Assembly (NCBI GenBank): GCA_016934745.1
Contig: JAFGSF010000036.1
Span: forward strand, 31,722 to 95,721
Reading direction: 5' to 3'
Source of the DNA: Candidatus Aminicenantes bacterium
Lineage (GTDB): Bacteria; Acidobacteriota; Aminicenantia; UBA2199
Length of the DNA: 64,000 nt
The translations under genes were made by a program, and so were the position numbers. The notes below the pieces were generated by a model, which did not search any database, was not told the origin of the DNA, and was given only the letters and a program-made list of their open reading frames with translations. This document shows positions 17,101 through 27,200 of this stretch, one piece after another (the stretch's first letter is position 1; each line of letters starts with the position of its first letter).

Positions 17101-18268
17101 CATCGTCCTGGTCTCCTTCTACTACCCGCCCTTCGCCGGCGTGGGAGCCCGACGTTGGGGATTCCTCAGCCGCTTTTTCGCCGAGAAAGGCTATTCCCTG
17201 GCCGTGGTCACCTCACCTCTGAGCGGCATGGACGTGGCGGCTTCTTCGCCGGGCGAGCATGAAAAAATAACCGTGCACACTGCCCCCCTTCCCGTGCGCA
17301 AGCCTCCGCACATCCCGCGCCTGCCCTTTATCGAGGAATGGCTTACCTGGCAGCGCCCTTTCCGGCGATCCCTGGAAAACCTGATCCGGCAGGAACGTCC
17401 GCGCTTGTTGGTTTTTACCGGCGGCCCTTTCTTCTCCTTCGCCCTTGCCCCCGGTTTGTGCAAGCGCTTCGGGGTACCGTATTGGCTGGATTTCCGTGAT
17501 GCCTGGGACCTGGGTTCCCATATGCCGCTGCGTTTCAGCTCACCCCTGGTCCGCTACCTCGAACGCCGCGCCGTAGCCGGCGCCAGCCTGGTCACCGATG
17601 TTACTCCCGAAATGTCGGCCCTGCGCCGCGCCGCCTTCCCCGGACTGTTGCCGGAGCGTTTCCAGGTCCTGGAGAACGGCTATGAAGGTGATCCCTTCGT
17701 TCCCGCCCTTGCTGCCGCTCCCGGCCCGGTCCTGCGTCTGGGCATCTGGGGAAAGTTCTCCCCGTATTCCTCCGCCCACCCTTCAATGCTGGCGGCGGCG
17801 ATCGCGGAAATGGCGGCCGAGGTCTCCGTAGAGATCCACCACTTCGGCGACGCCGGCACGGAAAGGGCGCTGGCCGAGGCGGCGACGCGTTTGGTTCTGA
17901 AGAGATCAGTCCATTTTCACGGCACTAGCGAATACGAGGCCGGGATGGCCTTCCTGACCGAGCTGGACGTGATGGTGGTCAACCACCGTTCGCCGCTGAT
18001 GGTCGGCACCAAGGTCTATGATGCCATCCGCATCAATCGGCCCATCCTGGCCTTCTGTCGGCCGACCGACGCACTGGCTCGGCTGCTCAAACCTTTCCCT
18101 CATGCCTACCCGGTGGCAACGACCGCGGAGACGATTGCGGTGCTTCGTAATGTCTTCCGACACCGTCCGGGCTGTCTTGCTCCCGGTTTGGATGCTGAAC
18201 CTTATTCCCGGCGCAGGCAAGGAGAAAAAATCCTCCCGCTCCTGGCATCCCTGTTGGAGTTGCACTGA
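17090..18268 (+). CDS. GT-B-like glycosyltransferase
   Basis: 'IVLVSFYYPPFAGVGARRWGFLSRFFAEKGYSLAVVT' is typical of GT4-type N-domains. The C-domain is more divergent. Overlaps the upstream stop by 11 nt. Confidence 0.6.
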   Translation: MAVDIVLVSFYYPPFAGVGARRWGFLSRFFAEKGYSLAVVTSPLSGMDVAASSPGEHEKITVHTAPLPVRKPPHIPRLPFIEEWLTWQRPFRRSLENLIRQERPRLLVFTGGPFFSFALAPGLCKRFGVPYWLDFRDAWDLGSHMPLRFSSPLVRYLERRAVAGASLVTDVTPEMSALRRAAFPGLLPERFQVLENGYEGDPFVPALAAAPGPVLRLGIWGKFSPYSSAHPSMLAAAIAEMAAEVSVEIHHFGDAGTERALAEAATRLVLKRSVHFHGTSEYEAGMAFLTELDVMVVNHRSPLMVGTKVYDAIRINRPILAFCRPTDALARLLKPFPHAYPVATTAETIAVLRNVFRHRPGCLAPGLDAEPYSRRRQGEKILPLLASLLELH

Positions 18269-18304
18269 GCACCGGGATTGCATTCACACCTGGGCCCTGT
18301 CATA

Positions 18305-19552
18305 ATGACGGATCGCCTTTTTCAGACTGGAGGTGGCCGCGTGTCCCAGCAGGAAAACATTAAAAACGGATCTGCAGCCGGACCGCGGGTGCTCATTTTA
18401 CCAAGCTGGTGGTACCCGAACCGGAATGCCCCCTTTAGCGGCCTCTTTGTCCGCCGCCAGGCCGAGGCCATTGCTGCGTTCTGCCCCACGGCGGTCCTTT
18501 TTGTCACGCCGGATCCATTCCAGAGAACGAGGCGCGAGATTGTTTCCACGGTTGAAAACGGCCTGCCTACCGTACGTGTCTACTTCCGACCGGCGTCAGC
18601 GTCCCCCTGGGGAGTCCTTTATAATAGCCTGCATTTCATGGCCGCGGCTGCGGCCGGCCGCCGCGCTCTGCCGGTGCCGTTCCAAAACCCCGATCTGATC
18701 CATGTCCAAATTACGCCACCGGTCGGGCTGATCCTCTTCCTGCGATTCTTTTGGCGCCAAGCATCCCTGGTCTTCAGCGAGCACTGGTCGAAATACCTGC
18801 TGCCCCGGAGATGGGAAAATCCCCTGCGCAAGTGGTTCATCAAACGTTTCATTGCGCGTTGCGCATCCGTGACCACGGTTTCCAAAGCCCTGGCCCGGGG
18901 TCTGCAAGCCCATGGCTTAAAAGCACCCCGTTGGCAAATCATCGGCAATCCTGTGAACCCGGATGTTTTTTTTCCGCCAGCGGGGAAAACATGCAAAAAC
19001 GGACAGCTAACCACCATTCTGCACGTTTCCTTTCTTACGGAAATCAAAAAGGCGGACGGCATCGTGCGCGCCATGGCCATATTGGCCCGGCGCCGCCCCA
19101 ACGTCCGCCTGCTGGTGGTCGGCGATGGACCCACCCGCCCGCAGTGCGAGAAGTTGGCCCGGGACCTCGGGTTATTTGATGACGTGATTTTCTTTTTGGG
19201 AACGCTTCCCGAAGCAGATGTGGCGGCAACCATGCGTCAGTCGGACATCCTGGTCCTTTTCAGTGAGATCGAAACCTTTGGTTGTGTCGCCGCTGAAGCC
19301 CTTGCCAGCGGTCTGGCCGTGGTTTCTACACCGACCGCGGTGGCCGAATTCCTGCCGTTGGAATCGGGTATCTTGGTACCCTTCGGCGATGAACAAGCTC
19401 TGGCCTCCGCACTGGAAAAAATGGTCGACCTCCGGCCCGCTTTTGACAGCAGCCGTGGTTGCCGGGTGGTCCGTGAACGCTTCGCACCCATGGAGATCGG
19501 GCGCCGATTCTACAATCTATTCCAAGAAGTGGTCACGGAAACCAAAGCATGA
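18305..19552 (+). CDS. GT-B glycosyltransferase (family 4-like)
   Basis: 'RVLILPSWWYP', 'ILHVSFLTEIKKADGIV', 'LVLFSEIETFGCVAAEALASGLAVVSTP' (EX7E). The start is uncertain: GTG 18341 has a stronger SD (ctggaggtgg). Confidence 0.8.
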   Translation: MTDRLFQTGGGRVSQQENIKNGSAAGPRVLILPSWWYPNRNAPFSGLFVRRQAEAIAAFCPTAVLFVTPDPFQRTRREIVSTVENGLPTVRVYFRPASASPWGVLYNSLHFMAAAAAGRRALPVPFQNPDLIHVQITPPVGLILFLRFFWRQASLVFSEHWSKYLLPRRWENPLRKWFIKRFIARCASVTTVSKALARGLQAHGLKAPRWQIIGNPVNPDVFFPPAGKTCKNGQLTTILHVSFLTEIKKADGIVRAMAILARRRPNVRLLVVGDGPTRPQCEKLARDLGLFDDVIFFLGTLPEADVAATMRQSDILVLFSEIETFGCVAAEALASGLAVVSTPTAVAEFLPLESGILVPFGDEQALASALEKMVDLRPAFDSSRGCRVVRERFAPMEIGRRFYNLFQEVVTETKA

Positions 19553-20823
19553 ACATTCTGCTGGTTGCCTATAATTTTCCTCCGATCAATAACGCGGGTT
19601 CGGTGCGCCCGGCACAAATGGTTCATTGGCTGAAGCATTATGGCCATAGCGTCACCGTCCTGACCCACGGCTATGGGGAAATGGCGGATCCAGACCCGGG
19701 AATTGTTCGTGTTCACGATCCCGCCTTCGCGCATGCCCACCGTGGGAAAAACTTTTTCCGCTGGCTGTTCTGGCGGGCTTGGGCCGAGCTGCAGAATTAC
19801 TGCGGCCGCTATGCCTCGGTTTTTTCCCCCTGGTGCCGGGCGGTATTGCGTCGGGCCGAGGGTATCCGCCGGGTTTGCCGCCCCGACTTGATTTTGGCCA
19901 CGTATCCGCCCTTGGAGGACCTGGAGATCGGCCTGGAATTATCGTGCCGCTTTCAGGTCCCCCTGGTTGCTGATTTCCGCGACGGCTTGCTGTTTTGTTC
20001 TATCGAAGAGAAGCGTCTGGGGTCCCACCGCTGTGTGCAGGAAAAATACAGAAAAACGGAAGCGGCGATCACCGCCGCCGCAAAATTGATCGTGGTTGTG
20101 ACCCCGGTTCTCAAGGACTATTTCAGCCGTACTTATCCAGGCTGCCCCTGTGCCACGGTTTATAACGGCTATGATGAAGATGAATGGCAGGGTTTGCCAG
20201 AAGTCTCTCTAGCTCCCGGTTATTTTCATATCGTGCATACGGGGCGCTTCGCCCTCTCGGACAGCGCCACCGATATAGGTCCTTTCCTTGCTGCTCTGCG
20301 CCAGGCAGGCCGCAGCCATCTCCGCGTGCCTTTCCGTCTGCACCTGATCGGAGAGCATTCGCGACGTGAAATGTCTTTGCTGGCTGATTTGCTCCATGCC
20401 GGTGTGGCGATTGTTTATCCGCTGCAGGGACGCCGGGAAACTCTGGCCTTCCAAAAAGCCGCTGACCTGCTGGTGCTCATCACGCGTCCGGGCGTGCGCA
20501 GCGGTATCCCCTTGAAACTATTTGAGTATGTTTTTTCCGGCAAACCCGTTCTCGCACTTACCGATGATGCGGACGTGCGCAGGATCATGAACGAATGCGG
20601 CAGCGGCTGGCATGTTTCCCCATGGGATGGTCCGGCGATCACCAATTTCATGGGGCGAATTCTGACCGATCCCGGGTTCTATCGATCGCTGCAGCGAAAC
20701 CAAAAAAACATCGGCACATATTCCTGGGCAACGCAGATGACCTTGCTGAAAAAATTAGTGGATTCATTGACGCTCCCTCTGACCGATTCATGCACTGGTT
20801 CCGACAAAAGCAAAATGGAGTGA
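19549..20823 (+). CDS. GT-B glycosyltransferase (family 4-like)
   Basis: 'MNILLVAYNFPPINNAGSVRPAQMVHWLKHYGHSVTVLT' and the C-domain 'GIPLKLFEYVFSGKPVLALT'. ATGA overlap at 19549. Confidence 0.7.
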   Translation: MNILLVAYNFPPINNAGSVRPAQMVHWLKHYGHSVTVLTHGYGEMADPDPGIVRVHDPAFAHAHRGKNFFRWLFWRAWAELQNYCGRYASVFSPWCRAVLRRAEGIRRVCRPDLILATYPPLEDLEIGLELSCRFQVPLVADFRDGLLFCSIEEKRLGSHRCVQEKYRKTEAAITAAAKLIVVVTPVLKDYFSRTYPGCPCATVYNGYDEDEWQGLPEVSLAPGYFHIVHTGRFALSDSATDIGPFLAALRQAGRSHLRVPFRLHLIGEHSRREMSLLADLLHAGVAIVYPLQGRRETLAFQKAADLLVLITRPGVRSGIPLKLFEYVFSGKPVLALTDDADVRRIMNECGSGWHVSPWDGPAITNFMGRILTDPGFYRSLQRNQKNIGTYSWATQMTLLKKLVDSLTLPLTDSCTGSDKSKME

Positions 20824-20880
20824 TTCCATTGTGCTTTTCAAATGAAGTTAGATTTTTTTATTGACACGATGAGGTGATTT

Positions 20881-22179
20881 ATGGACAAGCTACGGTGTTC
20901 TTCATGGAAGAACGGTTTTAAGAATGCTTTAGGAGCATCTTTGACCGATCGGCATGCCCTTTTAAAGAATCTTTTTCTTCTAAATCTGTTGATACTAGCA
21001 CTCTGGGCTTTTTGGGGAATACATTTTTCCCTATTTCCCAAAATGGGTTTACTATTGCATGCAAATCCCGATTCGGCCAAATATATTGCGGTTAGTGATT
21101 GGATTTACGGAAAAGGTCCGGCAACTTATCAAACTTTTTTACGAGCCTTTTTATACCCGTTACTTCTTGGAGTCAAATTTGTCGCCGGGAATTTCGGAAT
21201 ATGGCTACTGCAAATCTTTTTGTTAATTTCAGCAATCAACCTATTGGCCTTTACCATTCATAAAATGTCGAACCGGCGAATTGTCGTTCAGGGGGCTTTC
21301 CTGGTGGTAGCCCTATATCCAACTTTTTTCTTCATGACGTTCCGGGTCATGACAGAAGCACTTACTGTATTTCTTCTATGTGTTTGGCTCTATTGTTCAG
21401 TAAGCACCCTCAAAAAAAATAAGTTGACGGATTCATCAGTCTTCAGACTGATTTTTATTGCCGGATTGCTGTCCGTGACTAAACCGGTTTTCCTCCCGTT
21501 TTTCATTTTCTTGGTCTTCACCATGCTCGTTATCAAATTCAGCCTGCGACGATTTCTTCTGGTTATTCTATCAAGTCTGCCACTTGTCTGCCAAGTTGGG
21601 ATCAACATTCATCTTCATAACCAAATCGTTTTTTCTAAATCAGGAACAACGAGTATAAATGCTTATTTTTTTCCGCGACTGCTTGCCCAGGTGAGATACC
21701 ATGAAAGCCATCCTGGAATGGGCGGATTTCCTGAGTTTACTCATTCTCAAAAAAAATTGCTGAGCCTTGAGATTTCCTCATGGTCAACAAAAAAAAGATT
21801 GGCTTTTCTTTTTCACCATTGGCCGCAGGCCATCAAAATTTTTTTCTTAAATATTTTCCAGGAAAATATGATTCAGGGTTTTGGAGAAATTCCCAATCGC
21901 TTTTTTTATTACAGTACAAAAATTTTCAATATGATCGCATTAGTGCTCCACTTCTATATGCTGCCAGTAATTTTGTTCATTTTTCTTAAAAAAATCGGTT
22001 CCCTGGCAAACAGGATCTGGTTATTGCTGCATGTCTCATTATTCATATCGCTTACACTGGCTGTCGGGACGGTATTCTGGCAGAGAGAACGATATGTCTT
22101 CATCATGATTCCTCTCTGGATCTCGCTGTATGTGCATGTGGTTTCATCGCTGAGAGCAAAAATCAGGTTGAGCTGCTGA
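20881..22179 (+). CDS. polytopic membrane protein, GT-C-like or polymerase candidate
   Basis: 432 aa, ~11 hydrophobic helices. The first loop has 'NPDSAKYIAVSDW' (a DxxxY-type acidic motif as in ArnT/PMT-like GT-C enzymes). Markedly AT-rich compared with its neighbours. Confidence 0.5.
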   Translation: MDKLRCSSWKNGFKNALGASLTDRHALLKNLFLLNLLILALWAFWGIHFSLFPKMGLLLHANPDSAKYIAVSDWIYGKGPATYQTFLRAFLYPLLLGVKFVAGNFGIWLLQIFLLISAINLLAFTIHKMSNRRIVVQGAFLVVALYPTFFFMTFRVMTEALTVFLLCVWLYCSVSTLKKNKLTDSSVFRLIFIAGLLSVTKPVFLPFFIFLVFTMLVIKFSLRRFLLVILSSLPLVCQVGINIHLHNQIVFSKSGTTSINAYFFPRLLAQVRYHESHPGMGGFPEFTHSQKKLLSLEISSWSTKKRLAFLFHHWPQAIKIFFLNIFQENMIQGFGEIPNRFFYYSTKIFNMIALVLHFYMLPVILFIFLKKIGSLANRIWLLLHVSLFISLTLAVGTVFWQRERYVFIMIPLWISLYVHVVSSLRAKIRLSC

Positions 22180-24197
22180 TGCACAAGAAAATTATTTTTT
22201 TCGGGCTGCTGGTCATGCTGCCCCTGCTGGTTTATTTTTCGGCATTGAAATCAGAACTGATCTGGGATGACAAACCCATGATCACGGAAAATGACCTCCT
22301 GAAAGGTGATTTCTCCCTGAGCGCCGCCTTCCGCAGCGGCTATTGGGCTTCGACCAGCCAACGGAGCTCGGACTATGACTATTACCGGCCGCTGATGGTT
22401 TTTTCCTTCATGGTGGAAAAGGCCGTTTGGGGTCTGGATCCTTTCCGTCTGCACCTGGTAAACCTGTTCATTTTTATCGCCGGTTTGTTCGTTTTATATT
22501 TTTTCCTGCGCCGGCAAACCGTGCTTGACGGGATCGCCGAAACGACGGTCCTGCTTTTTGCCCTTTTCCCGCTCAACCTGGACAGTATTGCCTGGGTCGT
22601 CGGCCGCAACGATCTGATGATTCTTTGCTTCGGACTGCTGGCCCTCTATTTTTTCGATCTCTTCCTTGAGCAAAGAAGCGTCCTGCTCGGGGCACTCTCT
22701 GTCGTCAGCTACCTGCTGGCCCTTTTTTCCAAGGAAGCGGCCCTCTTTTTCCTGCCGGTTTTTCTTTTGCATGACCTGGTGCGGCGCAAGCGTCCGTGTT
22801 ATCCGATCCACGCCGTATACCTGATCGCCTCGGCATTGTATTGGACGGTCAAGTCGGCGGTGATCAGTCAGGGCACCCTGCCGCTCATACGTTTTTTCAG
22901 TCCGTTCTGGGAAAACGTCCGCGTGCTGCTGGGAGTGTTGGGCTACTATTTCCGTTCGTTGCTTTTCCCCTTTCGCTACGATATGTTCCTGCCCGTGAAT
23001 ACGGTTACGAATGCGCTCCACGTGATCCTGGGATTGCTTTTTCTTTTGCTCCTGGCGTGGCTCTTGTGGCTGGGACGAAAAAAAATCCAGTATGTTCAGG
23101 CATGGATATGGAGCGCCCCTTATCTGGCCGGCTACCTGCTGTTTGTTTTCACTCCCATGTATCCCTTCAATATCTCCACCCGCTACCTGATGCTGCCCAC
23201 CATTGGTTTGGCGTGGCTGGTGAGTCATTTTCTTCGCTCCCTGCCTCGGTTTTTCGGCAGACTCGTTCTGGTCGCGCTGCTCATGGCTTCCGTTTCAACG
23301 ATCATCGGCAATATCCCGAGATATCGCAATGAGTCAAGTTTCTGGGGCAGTGCCGTCAAATCCTGTCCGGACAACAGCTTTTTCCTGAGCAAGTATGCCG
23401 GGCAACTGCGGGAGGATGGCGATTTCGTGCGCAGTGAGATGCTGCTGCGCCGGGCGCTGAATTTCTCGATGGATAATTCCACTGCCGTGGCCATCGCCCT
23501 GCAGATGGCCGATATCGCCATCAACCAAGCCCGCTATGCGCGCGCGCTGGATTGGCTCGACAAGATGGGTTCCCTGGCCCTGGATCTTTCGCAAACCAAT
23601 TACCGCCTGGTGAAATTCCTGAGGATCCATTGGGCCCGGGGGGAGCTGGCGAAAGCAGAAGAAGCCATGGGTGCGATCCTGTTCCTTGTGCCCAACGAGG
23701 CAAATAAAAAAATGCGCCTGAAGCTTTATCTGGCCTTTGCCGCCTGGGAAAAAGCGCGGGAAGCCGCACGGGCGTTCAGCGGGACGGAAGCGGGAAACTG
23801 GCTTGTCTTGGTAGAGAAAGCAAAACTCGCTTTTGAAGCCATGCCGCCCCAGCGACAGTCCTTGTATTTTCTGGACCATGAAAACTTCAATTTCGCCTGG
23901 AAATCCAGGCCCCGGGAAATCCGGTCTGATTTCGCCAGCCGTCTGCAGGAAGCCCGGCTGGCATTCCTGTCTGAGCACGACGAAGAGGGCAATAGCCTCA
24001 TCGCGGCCATGGCTGAAACGGGAGCCGATGATTTTCGCATCCAGAATTCCTTGGGCAATCTTTTTTTCGACCTGCAGCGGGCTGACCGAGCGCTGCCTTT
24101 CTATCAACGCTCCCTGCAGCTGAATCCCGGCCAATCCGCATTGCGTGAACGCATGAAGCGGCTGGATTGGAAAAACATCTCCCCGCTGTTAGAATAG
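22179..24197 (+). CDS. TMTC/PMT-like GT-C membrane protein with C-terminal TPR domain
   Basis: 672 aa. 'ELIWDDKPMITEN...YYRPLMVFSFMVE' resembles the first-loop DD motif and YYRP of TMTC/DUF1736-type mannosyltransferase-like proteins. Has ~10 TM, then ~280 aa of TPR-like repeats. Confidence 0.6.
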   Translation: MHKKIIFFGLLVMLPLLVYFSALKSELIWDDKPMITENDLLKGDFSLSAAFRSGYWASTSQRSSDYDYYRPLMVFSFMVEKAVWGLDPFRLHLVNLFIFIAGLFVLYFFLRRQTVLDGIAETTVLLFALFPLNLDSIAWVVGRNDLMILCFGLLALYFFDLFLEQRSVLLGALSVVSYLLALFSKEAALFFLPVFLLHDLVRRKRPCYPIHAVYLIASALYWTVKSAVISQGTLPLIRFFSPFWENVRVLLGVLGYYFRSLLFPFRYDMFLPVNTVTNALHVILGLLFLLLLAWLLWLGRKKIQYVQAWIWSAPYLAGYLLFVFTPMYPFNISTRYLMLPTIGLAWLVSHFLRSLPRFFGRLVLVALLMASVSTIIGNIPRYRNESSFWGSAVKSCPDNSFFLSKYAGQLREDGDFVRSEMLLRRALNFSMDNSTAVAIALQMADIAINQARYARALDWLDKMGSLALDLSQTNYRLVKFLRIHWARGELAKAEEAMGAILFLVPNEANKKMRLKLYLAFAAWEKAREAARAFSGTEAGNWLVLVEKAKLAFEAMPPQRQSLYFLDHENFNFAWKSRPREIRSDFASRLQEARLAFLSEHDEEGNSLIAAMAETGADDFRIQNSLGNLFFDLQRADRALPFYQRSLQLNPGQSALRERMKRLDWKNISPLLE

Positions 24198-24249
24198 CCG
24201 TGCGCGGGTTGAAATCAGGGTTGCTGTAACAATTCTTAAAGAGGTGAAA

Positions 24250-27200
24250 ATGACAAGATTGAGGCTGGCCGAACGGATCACCATGTTTCTGTCCATTCTG
24301 TCGCTGGCGCTATGGCTGCTGAACATAAAAACCCCTGATGGGGCGGCTGTGCTTTTTTTAACCATCCTGGGAGCGCTTGCTTGCTTGCTCGCCATCATCG
24401 TGGTTGTCAAGAATGGGTTGCTGTCGTTTACCGCCTGGCGCTGGCTGCTGCCTTTAATTGTTATCGGCAGTACATTTATTATTTACTCCGTCAATGCCAA
24501 TCCGAGCGAGGTGTTTTTCAATCTCAACCTGGTTTTAATCTTGGCCGCTGGAATTTTCTTGCTGTTGTTTTTTGTTTTTGTTAAAAGCAGGAGGAATCAA
24601 TTCCGCAAGGAGTCATGGACTTTTTTTCGGGAATTTTGGATCTATCTCGCCTTTGCGCCGATATCCATGATCTGGCTGAAAGTGGTTGTTCTTTTTACAC
24701 CGCAAACCATCGATGAAGCTCTTAAAAAAATTGATACGTTGATTTTCAGTCATTACCCGGACGCCTGGATAAAATCCCTGGATATTTCCGGATTGCCGCT
24801 GCTCTGGCTGAGCCTGTTTTATTTCCTGCTGCCATTTTATCCCATCGCCCTGTCCGGGCTGTTCTATATTAAAAAGGAATTTATCTGGCTGCGCAAAGTC
24901 ACGCAATCTTTTTTGCTCTGCGGCATGATCGGCTGGCTTTTTTATCTGATTTTTCCCGCCATCGGGCCGCTTTTTCTGGATATCAAGGTGGCAGGATACT
25001 TCCATCCGGCGATTTTCAGGAACTGTTTTCCTTCACTGCACACATCTTGGGGCCTGCTGGTGTTGATCTATGCCTGGAAATACAGAAAGAAAATATTCTG
25101 GATATTGTTGTTGCCGGTTTCGCAAATGATCCTGGCCACCGTGTTCCTGCGCTTTCATTATGTCATTGATCTGATTGCTGCCGTGCCCTATACCTTTTTT
25201 ATTTATTGGCTCAATGAAAAACTCATGGCCCGAGAGCTGTCCGGCAAGTTACTGCCGGGAGACGAAACGCGAAAAAAAAGCAAACCTGAAATTCTGGTTT
25301 ATGCGGTTTTCATTCTTTCGGGGCTGTCGGCTTTGATCTATCAGGTCTATTTCATGAAAAAGATATCGTTGATATTCGGCTCGACCGCCCTGGCCGTCAC
25401 CACCGTTCTGGCCGCCTTTATGTTCGGCCTGGCCGCCGGCAGTTATATCGGCGGCAGGATTGCCGACCGGGTGAAATCTCCCATACGCATCTATGCCTAC
25501 GCCGAGCTGTTGGTTGGCATGCTCTTGCTGGTTTCGCCACTGCTTTTTAAAGGGATGGAGAATCTCTACGTGTCGATCGGGAAAAACGCCCACCTGACTC
25601 CCTGGAGCCTGACATTCATCCGCATTCTTTTTTCCCTGCCCGTCATTCTGTTGCCGACCCTGGCCATGGGTACGACCTTGCCCCTGCTGACCAAGTATTT
25701 GACCACGGTAAAAAACAAAATAATCGGCAACGTATCCCGTCTGTACAGTGCCAATATTATTGGCGCGGCCATGGGAACATTTTTGGCCACCTATGTCCTG
25801 ATGCCCAATTTCGGCATGATGGCCACGATTGCCGTCGCCATTTTGATCAACCTGGTCATCGCCCTGGTGGTTTTGCGGTTGGGAAAACATTTCCCGGTGT
25901 TGAACGTTGCCGGCCATGATCCCTTGGTGCCGGAAGCACCCGAACCATCCTGGCATAGTCTGAGCGCCCGTGTCATGAATACCGTCTTGCTTGTTTCCGC
26001 GTTGGGGCTGGGACTTGTTTCGTTTGCGGGCGAAGTGGTCTGGACCCACCTGCTGGCCATGATTGTCGGCAACAGCGTTTATGCTTTTGGCGTCATGTTG
26101 ATTGCTGTTCTGGTCGGTCTGGCCATGGGCGGCTATCTGGCCGGCCGACTGGTCTTGAATCAACTCCGCAAGCTGCAGCTCGTCGCTGCCCTGCAGTTCC
26201 TGATCGCCTGTTTTTTCCTGCTACAGCTGCTTTTTTGGGACAAGATTCCGGTCTACATGCAGCACCTGTGGATCACGGCGACCCGTTTTCCAGAACGGGA
26301 ATTCGTCCGTTTTGCCATCAGTTTCACATTGCTTATTCTGCCCACGCTGGCGGTGGGATTGACCTTTCCGCTGCTGGTTTCACTTTATGCCACGAACCTG
26401 AAAACCCTGGGTACCCGAATCGGCCGGATCTCTTTTGTCAACACCTCGGGAAACATCCTGGGAACCCTGGTCATGGGTTTTCTGCTTTTGCCGCGAATCG
26501 GGTCTTTCCGGGCCAGCATCCTGATCGCCATGGCGGCCGCGGCCAACGGCTTGCTGCTCCTGAGCGCGTGGCCAGGCAAACGCAAGGCGGTCTTGGCCTT
26601 GAGCCTGCTGATGTTTTTCATCGCGGCGGTTGCCTGGCTACCCGGATGGAACCTCACTAACCTATCATTGGGGACCAACGTGTACTTCACCCGTCAGCAT
26701 CATGGCACCGTCATTGATTCCTGGGAAGAAAAGGACGGTGGATTCACGACCATTACCGAGGAACGTATTCCCGGTCAACGGAAAAAGAAAATCACCCTGT
26801 GGACCAACGGCAAATTCCAGGGCGACAACCTGCCCGAAATGGAGGCCCAATTCCGTTTTGCTCTTTATCCGATCATTTTCAGCCGGAAATATGACCGGGC
26901 CTTGGTCATCGGGCTGGGTACCGGGGTGAGCGGCCGCGTGGTGCAAGAGGCTGGTTTCAAGGATATCGAGGTGGCCGAAATTTCGCCGGGAATTGTGGCC
27001 GCGGCCAGGGAATATTTTTCCAGGGAAAACGGCTTTCTTCTCGATCAAAAGAACGTCAGGCTGCGCATCGAGGACGGGCGCAATCTGCTGCTTCTGAACC
27101 GGAAGCCGTTTGACCTGATCACCATGGAAATCTCCAGCGTCTGGTTCGCCGGGGCCGCGGCCCTCTACAGCGTTGAATTTTATGAGCTGGCCAAGAAAAA

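Noticed and set aside
22494-26163. Minus-strand ORFs of 244, 266 and 304 aa (22494-23228, 23334-24134, 25249-26163).
   Set aside because: They are antisense to well-supported polytopic/TPR genes. Their products are Gln/Gly/His/Arg-rich and unlike real proteins.
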